Shown in pieces: positions 29,001-38,328 of a stretch of 64,000 nt of DNA (the first letter of the stretch is position 1; every line of letters starts with the position of its first letter). The notes beneath the pieces are model-generated. The model saw only the letters and a program-made list of their open reading frames with translations, ran no database searches and had not been told where the DNA came from. Made by a program: the position numbers and the translations under genes. Origin of the DNA: Terriglobales bacterium (lineage in GTDB: Bacteria; Acidobacteriota; Terriglobia; Terriglobales; Acidobacteriaceae); assembly GCA_041691575.1 (NCBI GenBank), contig JBEPUJ010000014.1, positions 24,238 through 88,237 of the forward strand. The letters run 5' to 3'.

Positions 29001-30623
29001 GTGTATTTGATTACTCGGAGGAGTTTTCTGGGACAGGCCGGAGTGTTTGCGACCGGTCTGCTGTTGACGGAGGCGGCGGCTGCCCATGGGATGGGGCATG
29101 AGGCGGCTGCTCCGAGTTCGGAGGTGATCGGCGCTGGTACGCTGACGCCTTTTGTCGATGAGCTTCCGCTTCCGCCGATAGCGAAGCGTGCGGGAACGCG
29201 GGCGAACCCGGAGCGCAGCGGCGAGCAGATTCCGTATTACAGGGTGGCGATGCGCGAGATGCGGATGAAGGTGCATCGCGATCTGCCTCCTACGCGCGTG
29301 TGGGGGTTCGATAACAGCTCGCCGGGGCCGATCTTTGAGACCAGAAGCGGAGAGGCGCTGCTGGTGGAGTGGGCCAATGAGCTTCCGCTGAAACATTTTT
29401 TGCCGATTGACTACACGCTGCATGGAGCGGAGAAAGATGTTCCGGAGGTGCGGAGCGTGGTCCATCTGCATGGCGGCAGGACTCCGCCGGAGAGCGACGG
29501 CTATCCCGAGGACTGGTATGTGCCGGGTAAATCGGCGGTCAATTTTTATCCGAACCGGCAGGATGCGACGACGCTGTTCTATCACGACCATGCGATGGGG
29601 ATTAATCGGCTGAACGTCTATGCCGGACTGCAGGGGATGTTCGTGATTCGCGATGCGGTGGAAGATGCGCTGAATCTTCCGCGAGGCAAGTATGAAGTGC
29701 CGCTGCTGATCTGCGACCGCTTTCTGCGCAAGGACGGGCAACTGGAGTATCCGGTCTCCGCCATACCCGGCAAGCCGTGGGTGCCAGAGGTCTTCGGCAA
29801 CGTGGTGATGGTGAATGGGAAGGTGACGCCTTATTTCGAAGTCGAGCCGAGGAAGTACCGGTTTCGCATCGTGAATGGATCGAATGGAAGGTTCTACCGG
29901 CTCTCGTTCGGCGATGGGCATGAGTTCCATATGATCGGCTCGGACCAGGGATTACTTGAGAGCCCGGCCCCGCTGAAGCGGGTGCAACTGAGCCCGGCAG
30001 AACGCGCCGATGTGATCGTCGATTTCAGCAAGTATGCGGGCCAGCAGGTTCTGCTGAGCAGCGATTCGCTGCAGATCATGCAGTTTCGCGTAGCGTCGCA
30101 AGGCGCCCCGGATACGAGCGCGCTGCCGAAACAACTGCGCGCGGTGGAGCGGATCAAGGAGTCCGATGCCGTGAAGAAGCGGCTGCTGACGCTCGACGAA
30201 CATCTGAACCTTGCCGACCAGTCGATGGACATGATGCTGAACAATACTCCGTGGCATATGCCGGTGACGGAGAATCCTGTCATCGATACGACGGAGATCT
30301 GGGAACTGGTGAATCTGACGGAGGACACTCATCCCATTCACCTTCATCTGGTGCGGTTTCAGATTCTGGATCGGCAGCGCATCGATACCAATGCCTTTTT
30401 CGATGACAGGACGGTGGACTTTACCGGTGAGGTTGAACTGCCTGCGGCGCATGAGGCCGGATGGAAGGATACGGTGCGCGTCGAGTCGGGAACGATGACG
30501 CGGATCATTGTTCCGTTCCGGGGTTTTACCGGCCGCTATGTGTGGCATTGCCATATGCTGGAGCACGAAGACAACGAGATGATGCGGCCGTATGAGGTCG
30601 TTGCCGCCCCGAACGAAGCTTGA
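29001..30623 (+). CDS. Tat-exported multicopper oxidase (CotA/bilirubin oxidase-like)
   Basis: TRRSFL Tat motif; HLH, YHDH, HPIHLH, HCHMLEHEDNEMM copper motifs. Confidence 0.92.
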   Translation: MYLITRRSFLGQAGVFATGLLLTEAAAAHGMGHEAAAPSSEVIGAGTLTPFVDELPLPPIAKRAGTRANPERSGEQIPYYRVAMREMRMKVHRDLPPTRVWGFDNSSPGPIFETRSGEALLVEWANELPLKHFLPIDYTLHGAEKDVPEVRSVVHLHGGRTPPESDGYPEDWYVPGKSAVNFYPNRQDATTLFYHDHAMGINRLNVYAGLQGMFVIRDAVEDALNLPRGKYEVPLLICDRFLRKDGQLEYPVSAIPGKPWVPEVFGNVVMVNGKVTPYFEVEPRKYRFRIVNGSNGRFYRLSFGDGHEFHMIGSDQGLLESPAPLKRVQLSPAERADVIVDFSKYAGQQVLLSSDSLQIMQFRVASQGAPDTSALPKQLRAVERIKESDAVKKRLLTLDEHLNLADQSMDMMLNNTPWHMPVTENPVIDTTEIWELVNLTEDTHPIHLHLVRFQILDRQRIDTNAFFDDRTVDFTGEVELPAAHEAGWKDTVRVESGTMTRIIVPFRGFTGRYVWHCHMLEHEDNEMMRPYEVVAAPNEA

Positions 30624-30953
30624 AGCGGAATCGACATTTCTGCCCCGCCTTGCTTCCATTATTTTTGCCATCGTCTTCCATTCATAAATTTTTAAAAGAA
30701 CAAGTAGGATGCTTATGCCTCTTGTCATAGGCGTGCAGCGGTTCTCTAGGAGATGATCCATGCAGAGGCGCAAACAGAGGTCGCCGATACATAATTTGGA
30801 AGGTCTTGACCGATATTCGATGGATGTTTGCTTCGCCTGTTTCTCCTGGAGTATGGTGGTTTTCGACAAGCTTTAAATGACTTCAACCGGCCGACTACGA
30901 TGAGGTACTACTCGTTTTGGGCATTCAGTAAGGAATGAGAGGTCAAGGCGCGC

Positions 30954-32048
30954 GTGGGTCGCAGAGCATCACAAATCGCTTGTTTGATCGTTAGTTGCCT
31001 GCTGTGGATGGCGTGTCCCGCGTTTGGGGCGTTAGCCGGGGGCGCTTCCTCTTCTGCGCGACCTGGAACCGGAGCTCATTCGCCGGAGTATCTCTCCCAG
31101 GGCTCAACCAGCATCTTCGACCCAGCCGCGACACCGTCGCATTGGATCTTCACGCTCTCGATGTTCGTGCTGGTCATCACGCTGGCGATTTTTTTGATCG
31201 TCGCGGGGCTGCTGATCTATGCGCTCATCCGCTATCGGCATCGCAACCTGGAGACGTACAACGAACCGGCGCAGATCTACGGGAGCAACCAGATTGAGCT
31301 TGCCTGGACGGTAATTCCCGCGCTGATCGTCGTCATGCTGTTCCTTACCTCGTCGCGAGTTATTCTTGCCACCGAGGATGCCAGGAAACCTGCGGATGCC
31401 GTCGATGTGGTGGTGGTCGGACATCAATTCTGGTGGGAATATCGCTATCCCAAGCTTGGCATCGTCACTGCAAACGAACTGCACATTCCGACCAGCGATC
31501 CTCAGCATCCAACGCCGACTTATCTCGAAATGTCGTCCGCGGACGTGGACCACAGCTTCTGGGTTCCGCGCCTTGCCGGAAAGATGGATCTCATCCCGAA
31601 TCGCGTGAACACGATGTGGATCGACCCTGAGACGCCTGGTCTCTATCTGGGGCAGTGCGCCCAATTTTGCGGCGTTCAGCATGCCAAGATGCTGCTGCGC
31701 GTCTATGCGGATACGCCTGCCGAATTTGCTGCATGGGCGGCAGAACAGAAGAAGCCCGCGGTAGAAGATCCGAGCGTTGCGGAAGGGCGTGAGGTATTTC
31801 TGCATAGCGCCTGCGTCAACTGCCACACCGTCTCCGGCACCATGGCGAATGGACGGTTCGGCCCCGACCTGACGCATTTGGCGAGCCGCGACACGATTGC
31901 CGCGGGCGCGGTTGAGAATAACGCAGACAACATGAAGAAATGGATCGATGCCCCGGCTTCTTTGAAGCCCGGCGCCTTGATGCCTCCCATGCATTTGAAC
32001 GAACACGATCTCAATGCGGTCACAGCGTACATGATGTCGCTTCACTAA
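30954..32048 (+). CDS. coxB: Cytochrome c oxidase subunit II with fused C-terminal cytochrome c (caa3 type)
   Basis: GHQFWW, DVDHSFW, CuA motif CAQFCGVQHAKM, CVNCH. Confidence 0.93.
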   Translation: MGRRASQIACLIVSCLLWMACPAFGALAGGASSSARPGTGAHSPEYLSQGSTSIFDPAATPSHWIFTLSMFVLVITLAIFLIVAGLLIYALIRYRHRNLETYNEPAQIYGSNQIELAWTVIPALIVVMLFLTSSRVILATEDARKPADAVDVVVVGHQFWWEYRYPKLGIVTANELHIPTSDPQHPTPTYLEMSSADVDHSFWVPRLAGKMDLIPNRVNTMWIDPETPGLYLGQCAQFCGVQHAKMLLRVYADTPAEFAAWAAEQKKPAVEDPSVAEGREVFLHSACVNCHTVSGTMANGRFGPDLTHLASRDTIAAGAVENNADNMKKWIDAPASLKPGALMPPMHLNEHDLNAVTAYMMSLH

Positions 32049-32114
32049 TCGGGAGATTCCTAGGCAGCCCGGATCGAGAATTTGCCGGCCAGATGGACTG
32101 AAGAAAGGGAAACG

Positions 32115-33812
32115 ATGGCTGATTCCGTATCGAGCCTTCCAGCACTGGAAGCGATCGACCCGACGGCGGAACAAAGTTCGCGGCGGTTATTCTTCGAGGT
32201 GCTGCACGACTGGGTGACGACGGTCGATCACAAAAAGATCGGCCTGATGTATATCGGCTACGCTCTGCTTTTTATGGTGGCGGGCGGCATAGAAGCGCTC
32301 ATCATGCGGATCCAGCTTGCGGTGCCGCATAACCACTTCGTCTCCCCCGAGGTCTTCAACCGGATGTTCACCATGCATGGGACCACGATGGTCTTCTTCA
32401 TGGGTATGCCCATCCTGTTTGGATTTGGAAACTACCTCATCCCCTTGATGATCGGCGCGCGCGACATGGCGTTTCCGCGCTTGAATGCGTTCAGCTTCTG
32501 GATCTCCGCGCTGGGCGGGCTGTTGCTGTATTACAGCTTCATCGGCGGATCAGGGCTTTATGGAGCGGGCAGCGCGCCGGATGTAGGCTGGTTCGCCTAT
32601 GCTCCGCTGACGGCCAAGGCCTTCTCGCCGGGACACAGCACGGACTACTGGACGATCAGCATTCTGCTAAGCGGGATCGGCAGCATCGGCACCGCGCTCA
32701 ATATCGTCGCTACGATTATTTCGATGCGCTGCCCGGGCATGAAGCTCAGCCGGATGCCGCTGCTGGCGTGGCTCTATTTAGTGCTGTCGAATATGGTCTT
32801 CATCACCGTCAGCCCGTTGACGGCGGCGCAGATCATGCTGATGCTCGATCGCTACGCTGGTTCGCATTTCTTTGATACGCAGGCTGGCGGCTCCGCTGTG
32901 CTCTGGATTCACTTCTTCTGGATCTTCGGACATCCTGAGGTCTATATCCTGGTGATGCCGGCGTTCGCGTTCATGAATGAGATCATTCCGGTCTTTTCGC
33001 GCAAGGCGATCTTCGGCTATCCGGCTATGGTGGCGGCATCGGTTGGCATCGGCTTCGTCAGTATGAGCGTCTGGGCTCACCACATGTTTACTGTCGGCAT
33101 GGGCGCGGGAGCTAATGTCTTCTTCGTCCTGTCGAGCATGGTCGTCGCGATACCGACCGGCATCAAGATCTTCAACTGGCTGGCCACGATATGGGGCGGC
33201 AAAGTGCGCTTTGCTTCTCCAATGTTGTTCAGCGTCGGCTTCCTGTTCCAGTTCCTGATTGCCGGACTCACCGGCATTATGCTTGCCGCCGCGCCGTTCG
33301 ACTGGCAACTGAACAACTCCTATTTTGTGGTCGCTCACTTCCATTACGTTCTGGTCGGCGGAATTCTCTTCGCCTTCTTCGCCGCATTCTATTACTGGTA
33401 CCCGAAGGTGACCGGCCGGATGATGAATGAGCGGCTCGCCAAATGGCACTTCTGGCTGATGGTGTTCGGGTTCCACATGACGTTCGACTTCATGCACATC
33501 CCTGGTTTGCTCGGGATGCCTCGCAGGGTCTACACCTACGAACCCCGGCCCGGATGGGAGATTCTGAACCTGATTGTGAGCATTGGCGCGATCTTCCAGG
33601 CCATTGCCGTCCTCCTGTTCGTGATCAACCTGATCCGGTCGAATTACAAGGGAGATATCGCAGGCAACGATCCCTGGGATGCGTGGACGCTCGAATGGTC
33701 TACCGCTTCGCCACCCCCGGTCTACAACTTTGCCTCCACCCCGGTTGTGTACAGCCGCCGCCCGCTGTGGGACATCAAGCATCCGGAAGACCCCGACTGG
33801 AACTACGAATGA
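32115..33812 (+). CDS. ctaD: Heme-copper oxidase subunit I, A1 type
   Basis: TMHG, ARDMAFPRLN, GHPEVY, WAHHM, PTGIK, AHFHY, GMPRR. Confidence 0.97.
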   Translation: MADSVSSLPALEAIDPTAEQSSRRLFFEVLHDWVTTVDHKKIGLMYIGYALLFMVAGGIEALIMRIQLAVPHNHFVSPEVFNRMFTMHGTTMVFFMGMPILFGFGNYLIPLMIGARDMAFPRLNAFSFWISALGGLLLYYSFIGGSGLYGAGSAPDVGWFAYAPLTAKAFSPGHSTDYWTISILLSGIGSIGTALNIVATIISMRCPGMKLSRMPLLAWLYLVLSNMVFITVSPLTAAQIMLMLDRYAGSHFFDTQAGGSAVLWIHFFWIFGHPEVYILVMPAFAFMNEIIPVFSRKAIFGYPAMVAASVGIGFVSMSVWAHHMFTVGMGAGANVFFVLSSMVVAIPTGIKIFNWLATIWGGKVRFASPMLFSVGFLFQFLIAGLTGIMLAAAPFDWQLNNSYFVVAHFHYVLVGGILFAFFAAFYYWYPKVTGRMMNERLAKWHFWLMVFGFHMTFDFMHIPGLLGMPRRVYTYEPRPGWEILNLIVSIGAIFQAIAVLLFVINLIRSNYKGDIAGNDPWDAWTLEWSTASPPPVYNFASTPVVYSRRPLWDIKHPEDPDWNYE

Positions 33813-33822
33813 GAGAGTATCG

Positions 33823-34419
33823 ATGAGCACGATTCCCATCACTCCCGATGTAGCCGAAGAGCCCTGGGTCCTGCCGGATCGAGGCACCGTCGGCATGGTC
33901 TGCCTGATCGTTGCCGAGTCCGCGATCTTCCTCATCTTCGTCGTCGCCTACATCTTTTACATGGGGCAGAGCCTGGGCGGGCCAACGCCGCAGCAGGTCC
34001 TCCAGTTGCCGATCTTCATCACGGTCTGCCTGTTGTCGAGCAGCCTGACGCTCCACTGGGCGGTCGCGGCGCTGCGTAAAAGCAAGATCGGGGCCTGCGC
34101 CGCGTGGCTTGCGGCTACCGTCGCGCTGGGCACTATCTTCCTCGTCGGAACGGGTATGGAGTGGCACCACCTTATCTATGTCGACGGTCTTTCGATTCGC
34201 ACCAATCTTTTTGGCACCACATTTTATTCGCTGATCGGTCTGCATGCGACCCATGTGGTCGTCGGTCTGGCGATGCTTTTGATGGCGCTCGTCTTTGCCC
34301 TGACCGGCCATGTGAAGGAAGAACATGCGCATCGTCTGGACGTGCTTGCGCTCTATTGGCACTTCGTTGATGCGGTGTGGGTTGTTGTATTCACGGTTGT
34401 CTATGTGCTCGGACGATGA
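33823..34419 (+). CDS. ctaE: Cytochrome c oxidase subunit III, short 5-TM form
   Basis: GMVCLIVAE, FGTTFYSLIGLHATHV, LYWHFVDAVW. Confidence 0.92.
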   Translation: MSTIPITPDVAEEPWVLPDRGTVGMVCLIVAESAIFLIFVVAYIFYMGQSLGGPTPQQVLQLPIFITVCLLSSSLTLHWAVAALRKSKIGACAAWLAATVALGTIFLVGTGMEWHHLIYVDGLSIRTNLFGTTFYSLIGLHATHVVVGLAMLLMALVFALTGHVKEEHAHRLDVLALYWHFVDAVWVVVFTVVYVLGR

Positions 34420-34458
34420 GAGCTTTGCAAATTTTGAGGGATGCTCGAAAGGGATTCG

Positions 34459-35313
34459 ATGTCAGTCGCTGAATCAGAACACGGACAAGAGCGTACAGGC
34501 GTAGTGGTGTTGCCGACACCGACCGCGTGGCCGCTGGTGCTCTCGCTTGGCATTACGCTGCTGCTGGCGGGGCTGCTGACGCATTGGTTTATCAGCGTCC
34601 TCGGCCTGGCGTTGATGGTCCCGTCCTCGATTGGATGGTTTCGCCAGGTGCTGCCGCACGAGCAGCATGAGTCGGTGCCCGTTCGCATCAAGGTGGAGAC
34701 CATCACGACGCGGCGCATCAACGTGGTCAGAATTCCCCTCGACGAGAACCATCGAAAAGTTCTGCCCTACGAGACCTACACCATAATGGCCGGAGTCAAG
34801 GGCGGCCTCGTCGGCGGTATTGCGATGATCGTACCGGCGACGCTCTTTAGCCTCATTCGATATCACAGCCTCTGGTACTCCGCGAATTTGCTGGCTGCTG
34901 GCGGCTTTGTGGACTGGGCGAATGCGAGCGACGCCTTCCTGTCGAGCTTTCATATGGAGGGACTGCTCGCCGCAGCGGCCATCCATATCGTCACCTCGCT
35001 GCTGGTGGGGCTGCTTTATGGAGCCATGCTTCCGATGTTTCCCTGGAAGCCGATCTTGACCGCCGGCTTTGTCGCTCCGTTTCTCTGGACAGGAATTCTT
35101 TACAGCGCGCTGGGCGTCATCAGCCCGATTCTGGATCAGCGCATCGACTGGCTCTGGTTCATCGTCTCGCAGATTGCATTCGGCCTGGTCTGCGGCTTTG
35201 TCGTGAACCTGCAGGTAAGGGTGCGAACCGCGCAATTCCGCTCGTTGCCATTTACCGTTCGCGCGGGAATCGAAGGTGCCCACAAGAAGGGCGAGAACGA
35301 GGAGGACGAATAG
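34459..35313 (+). CDS. Membrane protein: CtaF/subunit IV-like N-terminus fused to an extra multi-TM domain
   Basis: PTPTAWPLVLSLG...GWFRQVL resembles COX3 helices I-II; five to six further hydrophobic segments. Confidence 0.55.
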   Translation: MSVAESEHGQERTGVVVLPTPTAWPLVLSLGITLLLAGLLTHWFISVLGLALMVPSSIGWFRQVLPHEQHESVPVRIKVETITTRRINVVRIPLDENHRKVLPYETYTIMAGVKGGLVGGIAMIVPATLFSLIRYHSLWYSANLLAAGGFVDWANASDAFLSSFHMEGLLAAAAIHIVTSLLVGLLYGAMLPMFPWKPILTAGFVAPFLWTGILYSALGVISPILDQRIDWLWFIVSQIAFGLVCGFVVNLQVRVRTAQFRSLPFTVRAGIEGAHKKGENEEDE

Positions 35314-36080
35314 TGAGAATGTCCTCCGTCCTCTCTCTCCTTGCTGCCTCTCTTTTGTGTGCGGCGACCTTTGGCTGTAACAGCGCGCCGGGACGTCCCA
35401 AGGCTGGCCCCGAAGTTTTGCGTCCCGACGAGGTGCAGGATTTCGCCACGCTCTACAAACAGAATTGCGCTGCCTGCCACGGAGAAAATGGCAGGCAGGG
35501 TGCAGCCGCCTCTCTGGCCAATCCTGAATATCTGGCATTGGCAGGAGAAAATTCGCTGCTCCAGGTTACGTCGTTAGGCGTGCCCGGCACGCTGATGCCC
35601 GCGTTTGCGCAGAGCGCGGGAGGCATGCTCACCGACCGCCAGATCCATAGCCTGGTAGACGGCATGATGAAGCAGTGGGGAAAGGCTGACGCTCTGGCCG
35701 GACAGAATCCTCCGCCATACGCAGCGGCAACCGCAGGAGACGCCCAACAGGGGCAGCAGGTCTTCGCAACGTATTGCGCCCGCTGCCATGGCGCCGACGG
35801 CAAGGGCGCGACGGCCAGAGATGCAGGCGCAAAGACTGAGCGCAAACTTGGGTCGATCGTCGATCCTTCCTATCTCGCGCTGGTCAGCAACCAGAGTTTA
35901 CGAACGATGACGATTGTCGGCATTCCGGATGAAGGGATGCCGGACTGGCGCGGAGATCTTCTCTCGCACCCCATGACCGACAAGGAAGTTACGGATGTAG
36001 TGGCATGGCTGGCCTCCCAGCGGTCGCCTTATCCCGGCCAACCTTACCCCACAGCGCCTGCAGCCCAGCGCCCGCACTAA
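35313..36080 (+). CDS. Diheme cytochrome c lipoprotein (QcrC-like)
   Basis: Lipobox TFGC; CAACH and CARCH; distal Met candidates (LMPAF, GMPDW). Confidence 0.88.
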   Translation: MRMSSVLSLLAASLLCAATFGCNSAPGRPKAGPEVLRPDEVQDFATLYKQNCAACHGENGRQGAAASLANPEYLALAGENSLLQVTSLGVPGTLMPAFAQSAGGMLTDRQIHSLVDGMMKQWGKADALAGQNPPPYAAATAGDAQQGQQVFATYCARCHGADGKGATARDAGAKTERKLGSIVDPSYLALVSNQSLRTMTIVGIPDEGMPDWRGDLLSHPMTDKEVTDVVAWLASQRSPYPGQPYPTAPAAQRPH

Positions 36081-36100
36081 CCGGCAAGACGGAGACACTG

Positions 36101-36760
36101 ATGAGCGAACACGAGAGCGAGCACCTGACCGGCGATCCGAGACCGGAAGAAAATAAATTGCAGAGTGAGGCACGGCCTGTATCCAACTCTAAGAATGATC
36201 CTAAAGACCATTCCCGTCGTGTCTTCCTGTTCAAGGTCTCTTTGTTGATCAATGGGGCGGTGGGCGTGGTGCTTGCCGTTCCCGTTCTCGGATATCTGCT
36301 GGGGCCGGTGATCCAGAAGAAGAATGGCTACCACTCCTGGATCACGCTGGGCAACGTGAACGATTTTCCGGAAGGCGAGACGCGGCTGGCCAACTATCGT
36401 AATCCATCCACCACGCAGTGGGACGGCCAGACGGGCGACATTCCGTGCTGGGTTCGCCGCGTATCGGGCAATCAGTTTCAGGTCTTCGCCATCAATTGCG
36501 CCCACCTCGGCTGTCCGGTCCGATGGTTCTCTGAGTCGAAGCTCTTCCTCTGCCCCTGCCATGGCGGCGCGTACTACGAAGATGGCGAGCGCGCTGCAGG
36601 GCCGCCCGAGCGTGGTCTCTTCGAATACAAGTACAGGGTCGCGGGAGCCAAGCTGATGATCAATGCTGGTGAGATGCCGACGCTCTCAACCCCGGCCAGC
36701 TCGCCGAGCGCCAACTTTGTACCACTGGAAAAAATAGGGTGTGGATCATGCAAGAGCTAA
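36101..36760 (+). CDS. qcrA: Rieske iron-sulfur subunit of a bc complex
   Basis: SRRVFL Tat motif, TM anchor, CAHLGC and CPCHGGAY. Confidence 0.92.
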   Translation: MSEHESEHLTGDPRPEENKLQSEARPVSNSKNDPKDHSRRVFLFKVSLLINGAVGVVLAVPVLGYLLGPVIQKKNGYHSWITLGNVNDFPEGETRLANYRNPSTTQWDGQTGDIPCWVRRVSGNQFQVFAINCAHLGCPVRWFSESKLFLCPCHGGAYYEDGERAAGPPERGLFEYKYRVAGAKLMINAGEMPTLSTPASSPSANFVPLEKIGCGSCKS

Positions 36761-38316
36761 AGAAGTCCGGTCTGCGAAAACTCGGCATGGGAGTGTACGA
36801 CTGGTTCGAGTATCGTCTCGGCCTCGGCAAACCGGCGATGGACGCGGCGGCGCATCCCGTTCCGGCCAGCAGCGCAAGCTGGTGGTATGTTTTTGGCAGC
36901 GCCGCGACGGTGCTGTTCGCATTGCAGATCATGACCGGCGTTCTGCTTGCGCTGGTTTACACACCGTCCGCAAGTGAGGCGTGGAACAGCCTCCAGTTCC
37001 TCAACGACAAGGTTGCGCTGGGCTGGTTCCTGCGCGCATTGCATGGATGGGGCTCGGACTTCATGGTCGCCATCGTGCTCATCCACATGATGCAGGTCTT
37101 CATGTTCGGTGCGTACAAGTTTCCCCGCGAACTGACCTGGATTATCGGAGTGTTTCTTCTGCTCCTGACCCTGGGCATGGCCTTCACCGGACAGGTGCTG
37201 CGCTTCGATCAGGACGCCTACTGGGGCCTCGGCATCGGCGCTTCGATTGCGAGCCGCGTGCCTCTTATTGGCGCGCCTCTGGTTCATCTGATGCTCGGCG
37301 CACCCATCATTGGCAGCGCTACGCTCTCACGCTTCTTTACCCTTCATGTCTTTGTTATCCCCGGCATCCTGCTGGCTGGTATCGCGCTTCATCTTTTGAT
37401 GGTGCTACGGCTTGGAATCAATGAGTGGCCCATGCCCGGGCGCGTCGTTCGCAAGAGCACCTACGAGGCGGAGTATCACAAGCTCACCGAAAAAGAGGGC
37501 ATTGCCTTTGTGCCCGATGGCGCATGGAAGGATGCCATCTTCGCCGCCGCCATTGTGCTGGCGGTAATGGCATGCGCCTTCTTCTTCGGCCCGTTCGGCC
37601 CCACCGGCCAGCCCGATCCTACGATCATCCAGACAGCGCCGAAGCCGGACCCTGCGTTCCTCTGGATCTTCGCCGTGCTCTCCCTTCTGCCGGCCAGCCT
37701 GGAGACGCCGATCATCCTGATCGCGCCCGTAATCATTATCGGAGCCATGCTGTTGCTGCCGCTGGTCGCGGGCGAAGGTGAAAAACACTGGGCCCGCCGT
37801 CCGCTCGCTGTGTTGATGGTCACGGTCATCGCGGTCTCTCTCGGCATCTTTACCCGGCTGGGAATCACCACTCCGTGGAGCCCGGTGATGAATGCGTGGT
37901 CCAGCGACATCATTCCTCCGAAACTCCTTCATGAAGCCACGCCGCTTGAACGGCAGGGCGCGCTCGTCTTCCAGAACAAGCAGTGCCGCAACTGCCACGA
38001 GGTTGCCGGGCAGGGCGGACAGAGAGGCCCCGATCTCGATTCTGTGGCGACACGCCTGACCGAAGACCAGATGGTGCGCCAGGTATTGCAGGGCGGCGGA
38101 AATATGCCCGCCTATGGCAATGCCCTCAGCCCGTCGCAGACCACGGCGCTGGTTGCCTTTCTCAAGACTCTGCGCGGCAATGACCTGAGACCCGCGCAGG
38201 ATGCCTCCCGCGCTCTCGGCAATATCAATCCTCCGGAATCAACCAGGCCCGGCGAGCAGATTCCTTCAGGTCAATCGCACCTGTCGAAGGAATCGCCTGC
38301 TTCGGGGAAGCCATAG
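36748..38316 (+). CDS. qcrB: Cytochrome b (b6 plus subunit IV fused) with C-terminal cytochrome c
   Basis: LHGW/LIHM and TLHV/ALHL heme pairs, DQDAYWG, CRNCH; start 36739 or 36748. Confidence 0.92.
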   Translation: MQELKKSGLRKLGMGVYDWFEYRLGLGKPAMDAAAHPVPASSASWWYVFGSAATVLFALQIMTGVLLALVYTPSASEAWNSLQFLNDKVALGWFLRALHGWGSDFMVAIVLIHMMQVFMFGAYKFPRELTWIIGVFLLLLTLGMAFTGQVLRFDQDAYWGLGIGASIASRVPLIGAPLVHLMLGAPIIGSATLSRFFTLHVFVIPGILLAGIALHLLMVLRLGINEWPMPGRVVRKSTYEAEYHKLTEKEGIAFVPDGAWKDAIFAAAIVLAVMACAFFFGPFGPTGQPDPTIIQTAPKPDPAFLWIFAVLSLLPASLETPIILIAPVIIIGAMLLLPLVAGEGEKHWARRPLAVLMVTVIAVSLGIFTRLGITTPWSPVMNAWSSDIIPPKLLHEATPLERQGALVFQNKQCRNCHEVAGQGGQRGPDLDSVATRLTEDQMVRQVLQGGGNMPAYGNALSPSQTTALVAFLKTLRGNDLRPAQDASRALGNINPPESTRPGEQIPSGQSHLSKESPASGKP

Positions 38317-38328
38317 AAATGCCGTTGT

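Noticed and set aside
30760-30876. 38-aa ORF with AGGAG and a CxxC upstream of coxB
   Set aside because: Short, atypical composition, no recognisable family; needs conservation or ribosome data
36739-36760. CGSC at the Rieske C-terminus as a metal site
   Set aside because: Falls in the overlap with the qcrB start and lacks the His of CxxCH; probably incidental
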